From an uncultured cyanobacterium (lineage in GTDB: Bacteria; Cyanobacteriota; Cyanobacteriia; CAKZMO01), in contig CAVRCJ010000011.1 of assembly GCA_963719515.1 (NCBI GenBank), positions 128,001-192,000 of the forward strand: a stretch of 64,000 bases of DNA, written 5' to 3'. The notes beneath the pieces are model-generated. The model searched no databases. It worked only from the letters and a program-made list of their open reading frames with translations, and had not been told where the DNA came from. A program made the translations under genes and the position numbers. Positions 9,039 to 19,704 of the stretch are shown here, piece by piece (the first letter of the stretch is position 1; each line of letters opens with the position of its first letter).

Positions 9039-9770
9039 TTAGCGAATCAGACCCGCACGCAGCGCCCGCACCGCAGCCTGGGTGCGATCGCCCACGCACA
9101 GTTTATTGAGGATGCTGCGCACGTGGGTTTTAACCGTGCCGACGGTAACGTAGAGCTCCTTAGCGATATCGGCGTTGCTGCAGCCCGCAACGATGAGTTC
9201 TAGCACCTCTAGCTCTCGCTCCGTCAACGCACAGGTTTTCATCACCTGCTCATATTCCGGCTCTAGCGCGGAGATGCTGGTGGTTTTGGTCCCCTCTTCC
9301 TCAAGGGTGACTCCCAGTCTATCCTGCTGGGCCTGCCGCAGAACAATTCGTGCGATGGAGGGGTCAATCCAGTTCTCTCCGGAATGGGTGACCTTGATGG
9401 CCTCAATTAGCTTCTCGATACTGGCGTCTTTAATACTGTAGGAATCTGCCCCAGCCGCAAACGCCGCGAGGACCTCTTCCTCGCCATCGTGCATTGTCAG
9501 CATCAGCACTCGCGTTGAGCTAGCGTCGTTCCCAGAGGTTTGACTTTGACTCTGCTTGAATCGACGCGTTACTTCGATGCCATCAATGCTGGGTAGCCCA
9601 ATATCGACGATAGCCACATCGGGCTCAACCTGCTGAAGCAGTTCTAGCCCTTGAGCGCCGGTTCTTGCTTCTCCGATAACCTCTATATTGTCCTGCTGGT
9701 GTAGAGCGGACTGTAGACCAATTCGCGTCAGGTCGTGATCTTCAATGAGCACGACGCTAATCTTTTGCAT
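9039..9770 (-). CDS. NarL/LuxR-family response regulator
   Basis: REC domain (IEDH, IVDIGLP) plus LuxR HTH (LTERELEVL...TVKTHV). Start chosen at ATG 9770. Confidence 0.9.
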   Translation of the reverse strand: MQKISVVLIEDHDLTRIGLQSALHQQDNIEVIGEARTGAQGLELLQQVEPDVAIVDIGLPSIDGIEVTRRFKQSQSQTSGNDASSTRVLMLTMHDGEEEVLAAFAAGADSYSIKDASIEKLIEAIKVTHSGENWIDPSIARIVLRQAQQDRLGVTLEEEGTKTTSISALEPEYEQVMKTCALTERELEVLELIVAGCSNADIAKELYVTVGTVKTHVRSILNKLCVGDRTQAAVRALRAGLIR

Positions 9771-10323
9771 AGCGTTACGGACCATAGCTTGGGCTTTGCA
9801 TACGTGTGTCATAAATTTAACGGTTCGGTACCGCATAAGCATCTATCAATGGAAATAGCCCTTCCCGTGATGCTGCAGCTGAAGGAACTGAGATAGCTGT
9901 AAGAGGGCTAACTGAAATTGAAGGGCTAGCGCTTTGGGTTTCGCGCGGCTCACTAGCCAAAATGGCGCTGAAGATGGCCCTAGAAGATATGCCTAATTGT
10001 CGACTACTGAACAGTTAATTATCCCCATAGCGGTTCATTTCTCTCTGAGGCTGTCGTTTTATAATGGGGCGTGACGATCAGCCTCATCTAGCTGAGTCAC
10101 ATCCTTGAATCTCAGGGTGCCTAAGGGCACAGGCGGCACGCGGAGCGATAGATATGAGCCAACAGGCGCGACCGCTTCATCGGCACTCAAGTTGTTTGTG
10201 ATTTTGGCAAAACTCTGCTGATTTCGTTAAGTCTGGGCTGATTTGTAGAGCTATGGCCAACTGTGCCAATAGGGGCACTTGAAAGCCAAATTTCTTTGAA
10301 TTGGAGCTGATAAACTAACTAAT

Positions 10324-12006
10324 ATGGTGCGTATTCTGCTGCTCGAAAATAACTCTAGCGACTTCGAGCAAGTCAAGGCTAGCTTAGCAGCTAGCCCCGT
10401 AGAGCACAGTCTTGATCAAGTGACGGCCTACGCCGATTTCCTGCACGAGCTGAGCTATCATCCTCCCCATTTAGTTTTGGCCAGCAATCAGCTGATTGCT
10501 ATCGACGATAGCTCAGTCTTAGCCCAGATTCGCCATCGCTATCCGGCGGTCCCGGTCATCATCATTGCCGGTAACCCAGACATCGCAGAAGCCGTCGATG
10601 CTATGCGGCAGGGGGCGTCCGACTATATTCCCAAAGCTCGACTCACCGAGCTGCTGCCTGCAGCCATTCACGCCCTCTGCGACGGTGAGGGCTTACGGCC
10701 AGGTCATAGGCAGCTTGCTCCTAAAGCTCCAACAGCGGGCACACAGCCCTATTCGATGCTGCAGTCTCGTCTCTCTCGTCAGGCGATTGTTGCCGCGCTA
10801 ATGCGCCAGGCGCTTGCTGGAATGGAGATTGGCCTGCTGTTCAAGAACGCGGTCAGCCAAATTTCTCGGGTGTTTGACGTTGAATATTGCGAAGTCTTTG
10901 AGCTGGTGTCTTACCATGCTGGGTTTGTGCTACGGGCGGCTCAAGGGTGGCCCGCTGAGGCCATCGACCAGACAACCCTGGGGGTTGAGGCCGATTCCCA
11001 ATCGGGGCTGACACTTCTTTCTAATCAACCCATTGTTATTCAAGACATCAGCTGCGATCCGCGCTTAACCCCTTCCAAGCTCATCTATCCCACAAGGGTG
11101 AGCAGCTTGGTTAGCGTGCTGATTTCCGGGGCAGGTCGGCAACCGTTTGGCCTGGTCAGCGTCGCCAGCCACGAAGCCGACCGATTTACGCAGGAGGATG
11201 CCCTGTTTTTGCAGTCGATCGCCAACGTGTTGGCGATCGCGACTGAGCGCAAGCGATCGGAGCAGTCGCTGCGGGCCCATGCGAGCGAATTGGCCTGCAT
11301 GACCACTGTCTTGGCAAAAACGAACGATGAGCTAGCTGAGCGCAACCGCGAGCTTAACGAATTTGCCTACGTCGCGTCTCACGATCTCAAGGCCCCCCTA
11401 AGAGCGATCGCCAATCTGTCGGAGTGGATAGAAGAAGAGCTGCAGGAGCATATGGGCCCTAAGACAGCCTACGAAATGAACCTGTTGCGAAAGCGCGTCT
11501 ACCGTATTGAAAGCCTGCTGAACGGCCTACTCCAATACTCACGGGTGGGTCGGCTCAATGTCGAACCTGAACTGGTCTCTACGGCGGCGATTCTTAGAGA
11601 TGTCGTCGACCTGTTGGACCCGCCCATAGACTTTGCGATTGTCATTGGCGGCAATATGCCCTCGTTCAGCGCTAGGCGTCTGCTCCTGCAGCAGACTTTC
11701 TCTAACCTCATGGGGAATGCGCTCAAGCACCACCATGGCTCTCAAGGGTTAATAGAGGTCGCGGTCCAAGACTGTGGTAAATTCTACGAATTTTCTGTCA
11801 CGGACGACGGCCCCGGCATTGCGCCCGAGTATCACGGCAAGATATTCACGATATTTCAAGTGCTTGAACCCAGGGACAAAACGGAAAACACAGGCGTCGG
11901 GCTTTCGATTGCCAAGAAAATCGTTGAGTCTGAGGGAGGGACAATAACCGTAGAGTCTGGTCTAGGCTCCGGAGCAACATTTCGATTCACCTGGCCTAAG
12001 AGCTAG
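10324..12006 (+). CDS. Sensor histidine kinase, (pseudo)REC-GAF-HisKA-HATPase
   Basis: FAYVASHDLKAPLR H-box, NLMGNALKH, DDGPGI and TGVGL; degenerate N-terminal receiver. Confidence 0.9.
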   Translation: MVRILLLENNSSDFEQVKASLAASPVEHSLDQVTAYADFLHELSYHPPHLVLASNQLIAIDDSSVLAQIRHRYPAVPVIIIAGNPDIAEAVDAMRQGASDYIPKARLTELLPAAIHALCDGEGLRPGHRQLAPKAPTAGTQPYSMLQSRLSRQAIVAALMRQALAGMEIGLLFKNAVSQISRVFDVEYCEVFELVSYHAGFVLRAAQGWPAEAIDQTTLGVEADSQSGLTLLSNQPIVIQDISCDPRLTPSKLIYPTRVSSLVSVLISGAGRQPFGLVSVASHEADRFTQEDALFLQSIANVLAIATERKRSEQSLRAHASELACMTTVLAKTNDELAERNRELNEFAYVASHDLKAPLRAIANLSEWIEEELQEHMGPKTAYEMNLLRKRVYRIESLLNGLLQYSRVGRLNVEPELVSTAAILRDVVDLLDPPIDFAIVIGGNMPSFSARRLLLQQTFSNLMGNALKHHHGSQGLIEVAVQDCGKFYEFSVTDDGPGIAPEYHGKIFTIFQVLEPRDKTENTGVGLSIAKKIVESEGGTITVESGLGSGATFRFTWPKS

Positions 12007-12232
12007 CCCTCGGTAGCGTAAATTCTATGCTGCCACTCTTGCTGCGGCGAGGTATCGTCTTCAACACTTTAGAAAGATTTTTGCAGACATCCCTCTGTAT
12101 CCCCTGTAATATGCCCCCATGTGGAGGGCGATTGTAACGAGGTTCTTTACCATTAGAGATATCACGCCTGCGTTCTCAGCGCACGACCAGTGACAGCAGA
12201 CAATAGATACGGTCACACCGAGGTAATCCTTT

Positions 12233-12685
12233 GTGCTAAGTCCAGATGAGGTGAAGGAAAGAGAGCTTCACATCCTCCTAGTTGAGGATGATGAGGTAGA
12301 CGTCATGAAGGTGAGGCGGGCGCTCAAGCGAAACGGTTTGGAGCATCCTGTCTACGTTGCGGGCGATGGCCAGCAGGCGCTCCGCCTTCTGCGGCAGCAG
12401 GATGACAAGGGTTTGCCTGCGATTCCTCAACAGCGCCGCATCGTATTTCTCGACCTGAATATGCCGAAGATGGGGGGAATTGAGTTCCTTGAGCTGCTTC
12501 GGGCTGATCCAACGCTGTGCGATATTCCGGTGGTTGTCATGACGACCTCAGATGACGATCAAGACTTGGTCAGTGCATACGACTTCAACGTTGCGGGCTA
12601 TATACTCAAATCTGTTCCCTTCTCCGATTTCGTGGAAGCTTTGGCCATTGTCGACCAGTATTGGACCGTCAACGAGATGCCCTAA
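12233..12685 (+). CDS. Single-domain response regulator, Rcp1-like
   Basis: ILLVEDD, FLDLNMP, PVVVMTTS and AGYILK. Confidence 0.9.
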   Translation: MLSPDEVKERELHILLVEDDEVDVMKVRRALKRNGLEHPVYVAGDGQQALRLLRQQDDKGLPAIPQQRRIVFLDLNMPKMGGIEFLELLRADPTLCDIPVVVMTTSDDDQDLVSAYDFNVAGYILKSVPFSDFVEALAIVDQYWTVNEMP

Positions 12686-12765
12686 CTCTCAAGGTTGGAA
12701 AACCAATTTCGGACAGGGGCTGGAGCTGAACCGAGGCTGAATTGTTTACCGCACCGCCGCTGGTT

Positions 12766-14352
12766 ATGGAAGAGCAACTTAAAATTTTGGTCGTAGATGA
12801 CGACGAAGTGGATCGGATGACCCTTCGCCGATCGCTGCGGCAGGCCAACGTTTCGTCAGAGCTACAGGAGGCTCAGGACTACACCACGGCGGTGGTGGCC
12901 CTGCAGGAGAACGTTTATGACTGCATCTTCATCGACTACCGGCTGCCTGACAAAGACGGCATGACCCTAGTGCAAGACCTGCGTAACGCTGGCGTTACGA
13001 CACCGCTCGTCATTCTGACAGGGCAGGGAGATGATCAGACTGCGGTCGAGCTGATGAAGGCCGGCGCATCAGACTACCTATCCAAGGATCGCCTATCTGC
13101 AAAAACGCTGTCGCAAATTTTGCACAACGTTATTCGGCTACATCGGGCTGAGGTAGAAGCAGCCCAGGCCACGCAGAAGCTGCGCCAGAGCGAGGAGCGC
13201 TACCGGTTTGTCTTAGAGGGGGCGAACGACGGAATCTGGGACTGGGACTTGGGGCGAAACCGAATTTACTTCAACGAGCGCCTTTTTCAAATTGCAGGAC
13301 TGTCTCGTCAGGAGTTCGAAGGCTCGTTTGAAGAGTTCCGCGATCTGATCTATGCGGGCGATCGCGAGCGATTTGAGCGCTCGATTACAGCTCATCTAGA
13401 GCGCAGTGCCCCCTTCGACTTAGAGCTGCGGCTGCAGCGGCGTTCTACAAACGACCACCGCTACTGTATTGTTCGGGCCAAGGCGCAGCGAAACCCTCAG
13501 AGCGTGCCGGTTCGCATGGCCGGTGTCGTGATTGATATTACCGAGCGCAAGCGGGCTGAAGAGCGGCTCGCTGAGCAAAATGAGCTGCTGCGCAAGACCA
13601 TCGCGGAGCGGGACCATATTGCCTCTCAGCGAGAAGACTTTGTCTCTCGGCTAACCCACGACCTGCGAACGCCCCTAGTGGCGGCAGATCGGATGCTGAC
13701 CTTGATTAGCGACGGTACGTTTGGCGCTGTCTCCAAGGAGCTAAATCAGGCGCTAGACGTCATGATCAGCAGCAACCAGAACCTTTTGGGAATGGTCAAT
13801 ACCCTGCTAGAGGTCTATCGCTACGAAGCGGGCCGCAAAACCCTTACTTTCTCACTCTTCAGCATAGCGGCCTTGATCGACGATATCTTAAAAGAGCTGC
13901 GGCCCCTTACGGTAGAGAAAGGGCTGAGTCTGGAATTTGAGCCGGTCTGTCAGCCGGCTGGGCAGACTCTGGGCGGACCAGACGCTAGGCTTTCGGATGG
14001 CAAAATCATGATGCGGGGCGATCGCCTAGAGATTCGCCGGGTGGTGATGAACTTGATCAGCAACGCCATCAAGTTTACGGATGAGGGGCATGTGACAGTG
14101 CGTCTACATCAGGTTCACCCCGACCAGCTCACGCTAGAGGTACAGGATACTGGGTCAGGTATTGCGGAAGAGGACAGAGATCTCATCTTTGATAGATTTC
14201 GCCAAACCAAAGATCGCCGCGCCGGCAGCGGCTTAGGTCTCTATCTTTCCCGGCGGATTGTTGAAGAGCACAGCGGCACCATTACCGTGGAGTCAGTTCC
14301 TGATCAAGGAAGCTGTTTCATTGTCAAGCTGCCTTTCAGCCCCGATGCGTGA
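12766..14352 (+). CDS. Hybrid histidine kinase, REC-PAS-HisKA-HATPase
   Basis: VVDDD...FIDYRLP receiver, GIWDWD PAS, LTHDLRTPL, NLISNAIKFT and GSGLGL. Confidence 0.9.
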   Translation: MEEQLKILVVDDDEVDRMTLRRSLRQANVSSELQEAQDYTTAVVALQENVYDCIFIDYRLPDKDGMTLVQDLRNAGVTTPLVILTGQGDDQTAVELMKAGASDYLSKDRLSAKTLSQILHNVIRLHRAEVEAAQATQKLRQSEERYRFVLEGANDGIWDWDLGRNRIYFNERLFQIAGLSRQEFEGSFEEFRDLIYAGDRERFERSITAHLERSAPFDLELRLQRRSTNDHRYCIVRAKAQRNPQSVPVRMAGVVIDITERKRAEERLAEQNELLRKTIAERDHIASQREDFVSRLTHDLRTPLVAADRMLTLISDGTFGAVSKELNQALDVMISSNQNLLGMVNTLLEVYRYEAGRKTLTFSLFSIAALIDDILKELRPLTVEKGLSLEFEPVCQPAGQTLGGPDARLSDGKIMMRGDRLEIRRVVMNLISNAIKFTDEGHVTVRLHQVHPDQLTLEVQDTGSGIAEEDRDLIFDRFRQTKDRRAGSGLGLYLSRRIVEEHSGTITVESVPDQGSCFIVKLPFSPDA

Positions 14353-14508
14353 CGACGACCAGCGTGGAGGGGATCAGCATTGGGGCCGTGCGTAATCTGG
14401 CGCAGCCTGCTCCTATTTCCCCACCGACGGTGACGGTACTCTTAACTTCACTGTCGCAATCTCGCGTTTTTTCTACTGAGCTTTTCTACTGAGTTGTTAG
14501 GTAGCCCC

Positions 14509-15054
14509 ATGTCCCCCGACCCCATCGAGATTTTATCGGCTGAGGCGCTGCGACGAACAATAACGCGGCTGTCGTCGGAGATTATTGAGCAGACTAAAGA
14601 CCTGCAGACTCTGGCGCTGCTGGGCATTCATACCCGAGGGGTTCCAGTGGCGCAGCTGCTGGCGCAGCAGATTGAAATCTTAGAGCACATCAATGTGCCA
14701 GTTGGTGCCCTCGATATCACACTGTACCGGGACGACTTAAATCAGATTAAGCTGCGGACACCCGCCAAGACAAAAATCTCTTTTGACGTGTCGGGAAAGG
14801 TGCTGGTGCTCGTAGATGACGTCATTCATAAGGGGCGAACGATTCGAGCAGCGCTCAATGCAGTCACAGATTACGGCAGGCCCAAGGTCATTCGGCTCGC
14901 CGTCTTAATTGATCGAGTGGGCCACCGCGAACTGCCCATCCACCCCGACTTCATTGGAAAACAGCTGCCCACATCCAAAGAAGAGGGCATTAAAGTGAAT
15001 CTGCAGGCAGTAGACGGGCGAGACGGTGTTGAGCTAATCAAGCAAACGGAGTGA
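14509..15054 (+). CDS. pyrR: Bifunctional pyrimidine regulatory protein / uracil phosphoribosyltransferase PyrR
   Basis: [27 protein letters not shown] and [13 protein letters not shown]. Confidence 0.92.
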   Translation: MSPDPIEILSAEALRRTITRLSSEIIEQTKDLQTLALLGIHTRGVPVAQLLAQQIEILEHINVPVGALDITLYRDDLNQIKLRTPAKTKISFDVSGKVLVLVDDVIHKGRTIRAALNAVTDYGRPKVIRLAVLIDRVGHRELPIHPDFIGKQLPTSKEEGIKVNLQAVDGRDGVELIKQTE

Positions 15055-15164
15055 TAAATTGAGGAGATGAGGCGGCCGAAAGAGATCAATCTCACTTTCG
15101 GATCGCCGCTCATTCAACTCAGCCCCATTTCAGCGCCCACAACCCCTGAGCCAACAAAACCGCC

Positions 15165-16286
15165 GTGGTTCCCTCAAGCTTTGACCCCAATCCCGTTCCC
15201 AACAAAGTGCCGAGTTTAAGCCGCGTGTCTCAAGTGGCACCCGGCCCAAAGATGCCGAGTCCTAGCTCAACCCAGGCGCGCAAGGCAGATCACATCCGCA
15301 TCTGTCTTGATGAAGACGTTCAGTTTCGGCAAACCACAGGACTAGAGCGATACCGGTTTACCCACTGCTGCCTGCCTGAACTTGACTGGTGCGACGTTGA
15401 TGTTGCGACCCAGTTCTTGGGCAAGGCTCTCCGGGCTCCCCTGCTGATCTCCTCAATGACCGGGGGCACCGAGCAGGCCCAGATGATCAATCAGCGGCTG
15501 GCGATCGCCGCTCAGCACCACGGTATTGCCATGGGCGTGGGCTCGCAGCGCGTTGCCGTTGAGAATCCTGAGGTGGCTTCTACCTTTTCAGTGCGGGACT
15601 ACGCGCCAGATATCCTGCTGCTCGCCAATCTGGGAGCGGTGCAGCTGAACTACGATTATGGTCTAGAGGAGTGCCTGCGGGTTGTAGAGTGGCTCGGCGC
15701 TGATGCCCTGATTTTACACGTCAATCCCCTGCAGGAATGTGTTCAATCCCGAGGGGACACCAACTTTTCCGGCCTTCTAGATAAAATCGCGGCGCTGTGC
15801 CGTCAGCTGGCTGTCCCAGTCGTGGTTAAGGAGGTCGGTAACGGCATCTCCGGGTCCGCTGTAGCGCGACTCATTGAAGCCGGCGTGGCGGCGGTGGATG
15901 TGGCAGGCGCTGGCGGGACCTCTTGGGCGCAAGTGGAGCGGGAGCGAGCCAAAGACGTTAAGCAGCGGCGCTTGGGGACAACGTTTGCCAACTGGGGACT
16001 CCCCACGGCGGAATGCATTGTTCAAGCTAGGGCGATCGCCCCTAGCGTGCCGCTAATCGCCTCGGGGGGATTGAGAAACGGCTTAGACGCGGCAACGGCG
16101 ATCGCCTTGGGGGCAGATTTAGCCGGTATGGCGTTTCCTTTTCTGCAGGCGGCGGCTGACTCTCCGGCTGCCCTAAATGAGCTTACCGAGGTCCTGGTTG
16201 CCGAACTTAAAACCGCGCTGTTTTGTACCGGTAGCCGGCGTCTAGAGGACTTGAGAAAGCCCGGCGTGCTCGTAGCCCTAGATTAG
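15165..16286 (+). CDS. fni: Type 2 isopentenyl-diphosphate delta-isomerase
   Basis: RKADHI, SSMTGG, GSQR, VKEVGNG, GAGGTSW and SGGLRNG. The true start may be slightly downstream. Confidence 0.92.
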   Translation: MVPSSFDPNPVPNKVPSLSRVSQVAPGPKMPSPSSTQARKADHIRICLDEDVQFRQTTGLERYRFTHCCLPELDWCDVDVATQFLGKALRAPLLISSMTGGTEQAQMINQRLAIAAQHHGIAMGVGSQRVAVENPEVASTFSVRDYAPDILLLANLGAVQLNYDYGLEECLRVVEWLGADALILHVNPLQECVQSRGDTNFSGLLDKIAALCRQLAVPVVVKEVGNGISGSAVARLIEAGVAAVDVAGAGGTSWAQVERERAKDVKQRRLGTTFANWGLPTAECIVQARAIAPSVPLIASGGLRNGLDAATAIALGADLAGMAFPFLQAAADSPAALNELTEVLVAELKTALFCTGSRRLEDLRKPGVLVALD

Positions 16287-16346
16287 TCCGCACTCGGTAG
16301 CTTGTACGGACGGAGGTCAGAGCTGCTTATAGTGAATCAGCCTAAA

Positions 16347-16440
16347 TTGACATCCTCTCCGCCCTGAAAAGCGGGGATTCCCGACCTGCCCACTAGGTAG
16401 ACTTCCGACAGGGTCAGCTAGTGGGACTATCTACCGAGCT
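16347..16440 (-). mobile_element. Orphan IS200/IS605 right end (omegaRNA-like remnant)
   Basis: Minus strand reads GAATCCCCGCTTTTCAGGGCGGAGAGGATGTCAA, a typical IS605 right-end hairpin plus TCAA; no adjacent tnpB. Confidence 0.65.
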
Positions 16441-16453
16441 GAATTTGGAAAGA

Positions 16454-16678
16454 CTATAAAAGAATCAGGAGAGCCGCACCGGCTAGAAGCATTGCGAGTA
16501 GCGGATTGGACTGCTTACTTTTTTTCTTATCCTTTGAGAAATCGCGGTGAAAATCGCAGCTCAAGCAGCGATATGAGCTGTCTGACTGCGCAACGATGGA
16601 AAGCTTACCGCACTTGGGGCATTGAGCCGAGGTAGAGGCCGTTGGCGTAGCTGGTGCAGGAATAGTACGAGACGTCAT
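16454..16678 (-). CDS. Small Zn-ribbon protein with C-terminal membrane anchor
   Basis: CPKCG...CLSC, hydrophobic C-terminus, GGAG RBS upstream of the ATG. Confidence 0.7.
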   Translation of the reverse strand: MTSRTIPAPATPTASTSAQCPKCGKLSIVAQSDSSYRCLSCDFHRDFSKDKKKSKQSNPLLAMLLAGAALLILL

Positions 16679-17334
16679 ATCGAAACTCCAGGGGTAGACT
16701 GTTGCCTTGCACGCAGGATTGAACTAAGTAATTTGATCTATTAGCTGAGCAAATTTGCTATAGCGCCAATGGCCACAAAAATTTAGCTCAATCTCGCATC
16801 GAACAATACGAGTATCAAACATTACAAGAAATTAAAGATGGTCAACATCTCTAACATCCAACCTTGCGTGCTGTAGCAGATACACAGCGTTAACTTGCAC
16901 TTCTAGCCGTTAATCTTTCGATTACGTGCTTACACCCTGACATGTCTGTAAATTAGTCGCTCTCAAGACGAAAAGCAATACATAAAGTCGCAGTCTATGC
17001 GATGGGTCTATACTGCTTATTCGTCACGGGACTATATAACCACAAATAATGAAGCGATCGCCTGAAGTAGATTACACAAGCTAAGCGATTTGAATCACAG
17101 CGTTAGCGCTAGCAAGTTGGCCTGCGGCTTGTGGAAACAGCGAGCCAGCCGGCCTTCCAAATCAGGTGGATTGCGCAACGACCCCAGACATCCGTAATGG
17201 CTCTTGGAACTCTGTATCCTTTGGCAGCGTCTCCATCCGTAGGGTTGCTGAGATACAGTTAACTGAAACTCTTTAGTATTTAACGGTAAATTCCGAAGTA
17301 GATCGAAAACTCGCTCGCGGTTACCCGTCAGGCT

Positions 17335-17741
17335 GCGATCGCCTCTTGGGCGGTGCAGGCCAAGATACCCTAATTGGCGTCGGGCGAAAGACAGCGCAGC
17401 AGCAGGACGACCTCTTCGGCGGCAAGGATGGCGATTGGTTTGTCCTGGGCAGTCGCAACCACAGCTTTTATGGGGGCGCGGATAGCCACGCCGTGATTCT
17501 CGACTTCAACGCGGCTGAAGGCGATCGCATCGTTCTCCATGGCGCAGCCGAACAGTACCAACTGGGCAGCATCTCCACTAATCCCCACAGCGGCACCGGT
17601 ATTTTTACCGCTATATCACCTCAGCTTGACCTAGTTGCGGTTGTTTCGAGGCGGACCATTACGCTGAACGATATAGATTTTGTTTCAGCGCAACGGCACT
17701 ACTTCCGGCAGTGCAGATCCATCAAACCTATCGATGCCTGA
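17335..17741 (+). pseudogene. C-terminal fragment of an RTX / hemolysin-type Ca-binding protein
   Basis: DRLLGGAGQDTLIG, DDLFGGKDGDWFVLG and ILDFNAAEGDRIVLHG. No ATG in frame back to the stop at 17274-17276. Confidence 0.65.
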
Positions 17742-17778
17742 GACTTGCGGAGTCGCTTGAGGAATGCGTAGCCTACCG

Positions 17779-18696
17779 CTAATTTCGATGATTATTGCTG
17801 TAGCGAATGCGGGCACCTGCCCACTGCAGCTTCTCCTGCAGGGTTTGATAGTAGGAATGATTCTCGCGCAGAATGATGAAGTGGGCCGAGCAGTCGGCCT
17901 TGCGGATGTCCACGCGCTGACCTGGCCAAATCGAGGTAGCTAAAACACCGTCCATCCAGAGCTTTGTGGATAGGTCGTGGTCGGCCAGCGGCCAAACGCT
18001 GACAACGCAACCGGGGGGAATCACGATGGGGCGGCTAGAGAGGCTGAGGGGGCAGATCGGGGTAACGACCATAGCATCCATGCCAGAATGGACGATGGGA
18101 CCGCTAGCGGCGACGGTGTAGCAGGTTGAGCCCGTGGGTGTGGCCACAATCAGGCCATCCCCCTGGTATTGGTCGACTACCTCCCCATCAATCTCTAGCT
18201 CCAAAATTGACGTGATCATGCGGTCGGCAGAGGCTGGCTTGATGCACATTTCGTTAAGCGCCAGGAAGCGATCGCTCATGATCTCTGACTGTAGGCGATC
18301 GCCCTCAAAGGTGGCGGCCTGCAGCATCATACGGCGCTCCACCGCATAGAGATCCTGGCTCAATCGATCCCAGACCCGCTCAGAGTCTTGGAATTCGTCC
18401 ACAGGTTCAGTCAGAAAGCCTAAATGGCCGCCTGCGTTGACGGCCAAAATAGGAATACCTTCGGGGGCAAGGTGTCTCGCCGCCGCCAGCGCAGTACCGT
18501 CACCTCCCAAAACTACCGCTAAATCGATAGGGCGCGCCGAGGAGAGGAACACCGGGTAGGGATTGTCTTTGGGTCCGCTTGGCCCCATCAGCACATGAGT
18601 GCCTCGCCGCTCAAGCTGCTTGGCACAGGTTTCCGCCCACTGACGGCTCAAGGAATCAGCAGCCTTATGGGCAATAATGACCTGGTTTAGCTCCAC
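17779..18696 (-). CDS. nadK: NAD(+) kinase
   Basis: LGGDGT, GHLGFL, ALNE and DGLIVATPTGST; follows ndhE. Confidence 0.92.
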   Translation of the reverse strand: MELNQVIIAHKAADSLSRQWAETCAKQLERRGTHVLMGPSGPKDNPYPVFLSSARPIDLAVVLGGDGTALAAARHLAPEGIPILAVNAGGHLGFLTEPVDEFQDSERVWDRLSQDLYAVERRMMLQAATFEGDRLQSEIMSDRFLALNEMCIKPASADRMITSILELEIDGEVVDQYQGDGLIVATPTGSTCYTVAASGPIVHSGMDAMVVTPICPLSLSSRPIVIPPGCVVSVWPLADHDLSTKLWMDGVLATSIWPGQRVDIRKADCSAHFIILRENHSYYQTLQEKLQWAGARIRYSNNHRN

Positions 18697-18700
18697 GACA

Positions 18701-19006
18701 CTACCACTTCAGTAGGTTGAATTGCTCCATGTCGACCGTATTGCGGTTGCGGTAAATGGCGAGCACGATGGCAAGCCCTACCGCGGATTCGGCAGCCGCG
18801 ATGGTGATGATGAACACGCCAAACACCTGCCCTTTGATGCCCACAGGGTCAAGGTAGTTGGAGAAAGCCAACAGATTGAGGTTGACGGCGTTTAGCAGAA
18901 GCTCAATGGACATCAGCACGCGAATCGCGTTACGGCTGGTGACCAACCCATAAATGCCGATACAAAACAGCGCGGCGGCTAAGAGTAGATAGTATTCTAG
19001 CTGCAT
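18701..19006 (-). CDS. ndhE: NDH-1 subunit E (NuoK)
   Basis: [20 protein letters not shown] and [11 protein letters not shown]. Confidence 0.95.
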   Translation of the reverse strand: MQLEYYLLLAAALFCIGIYGLVTSRNAIRVLMSIELLLNAVNLNLLAFSNYLDPVGIKGQVFGVFIITIAAAESAVGLAIVLAIYRNRNTVDMEQFNLLKW

Positions 19007-19081
19007 GACTCCATCTCAATTAAGCGTGATGTGAAACTGATGGGGCGTTTGAGGCCTCTTTGGGCACCTGAGAGATTCAAC

Positions 19082-19690
19082 CTAGCGCTGAACCGGCTCC
19101 GATAGGTCCTGAGGCGTCGCCGAAAATCGGGGACGCTCGGGCAGCGACAGCATCGGCTGGTCCATTGACTCTTCTGGCAATAGCTCCCGGCGGGCCAGCA
19201 CGATCGCGCCAACGAGCGCCATCAGCAGCAGCACTGAAGCCAGCTCAAAAGGCAGCAAAAAGTCGGTAAAGAGGTGTTTGCCAATCTCCACCGTAGCGCT
19301 CTCACCCGCTGCAGGAGCCAAAGAAATAGACCAGGGCGTCACTACAACCATCGTGGCCAGCAGCGCGAACAATCCCAGACAGACCATGGCGGTGGCCGCC
19401 TTGCCTAACCAGGCCCGGCCGCTGAGCTTGTACGGCTCTTCCTTAGCCACCAGCATGATCCCAAACAGGATCAAAATGTTCACCGCTCCGACGTAGATCA
19501 AAATTTGCGCCGCTGCCACAAACCCGGCGTTGAGCAGGATGTATAGGCCCGACATGCTGATGAAAACGCCGCCCAGCAAGAATGCTGAGTAGACAATATT
19601 GGCCAGCAGGACCACCCCTAGCGCCGACCCCAACATCATCGCTCCCAAAATAACGAGGGAAACGAGCTGAACCCCTTCTGCTAAATTCAC
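19082..19690 (-). CDS. ndhG: NDH-1 subunit G (NuoJ)
   Basis: AQILIYVGAVNILILF and LLPFELAS. Confidence 0.95.
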   Translation of the reverse strand: MNLAEGVQLVSLVILGAMMLGSALGVVLLANIVYSAFLLGGVFISMSGLYILLNAGFVAAAQILIYVGAVNILILFGIMLVAKEEPYKLSGRAWLGKAATAMVCLGLFALLATMVVVTPWSISLAPAAGESATVEIGKHLFTDFLLPFELASVLLLMALVGAIVLARRELLPEESMDQPMLSLPERPRFSATPQDLSEPVQR

Positions 19691-19704
19691 AATTAGCGAT
19701 CTCC

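Noticed and set aside
10324..12006. Phytochrome or cyanobacteriochrome call for the kinase
   Set aside because: There is no PAS-GAF-PHY arrangement and no DIP or CH bilin-binding motif in the GAF domain.
16680..17330. Long AT-rich intergenic region as an ncRNA
   Set aside because: Only a 12-bp palindrome (AGCAAATTTGCT, 16748-16759) is visible, with no terminator or recognisable family; probably promoter DNA.
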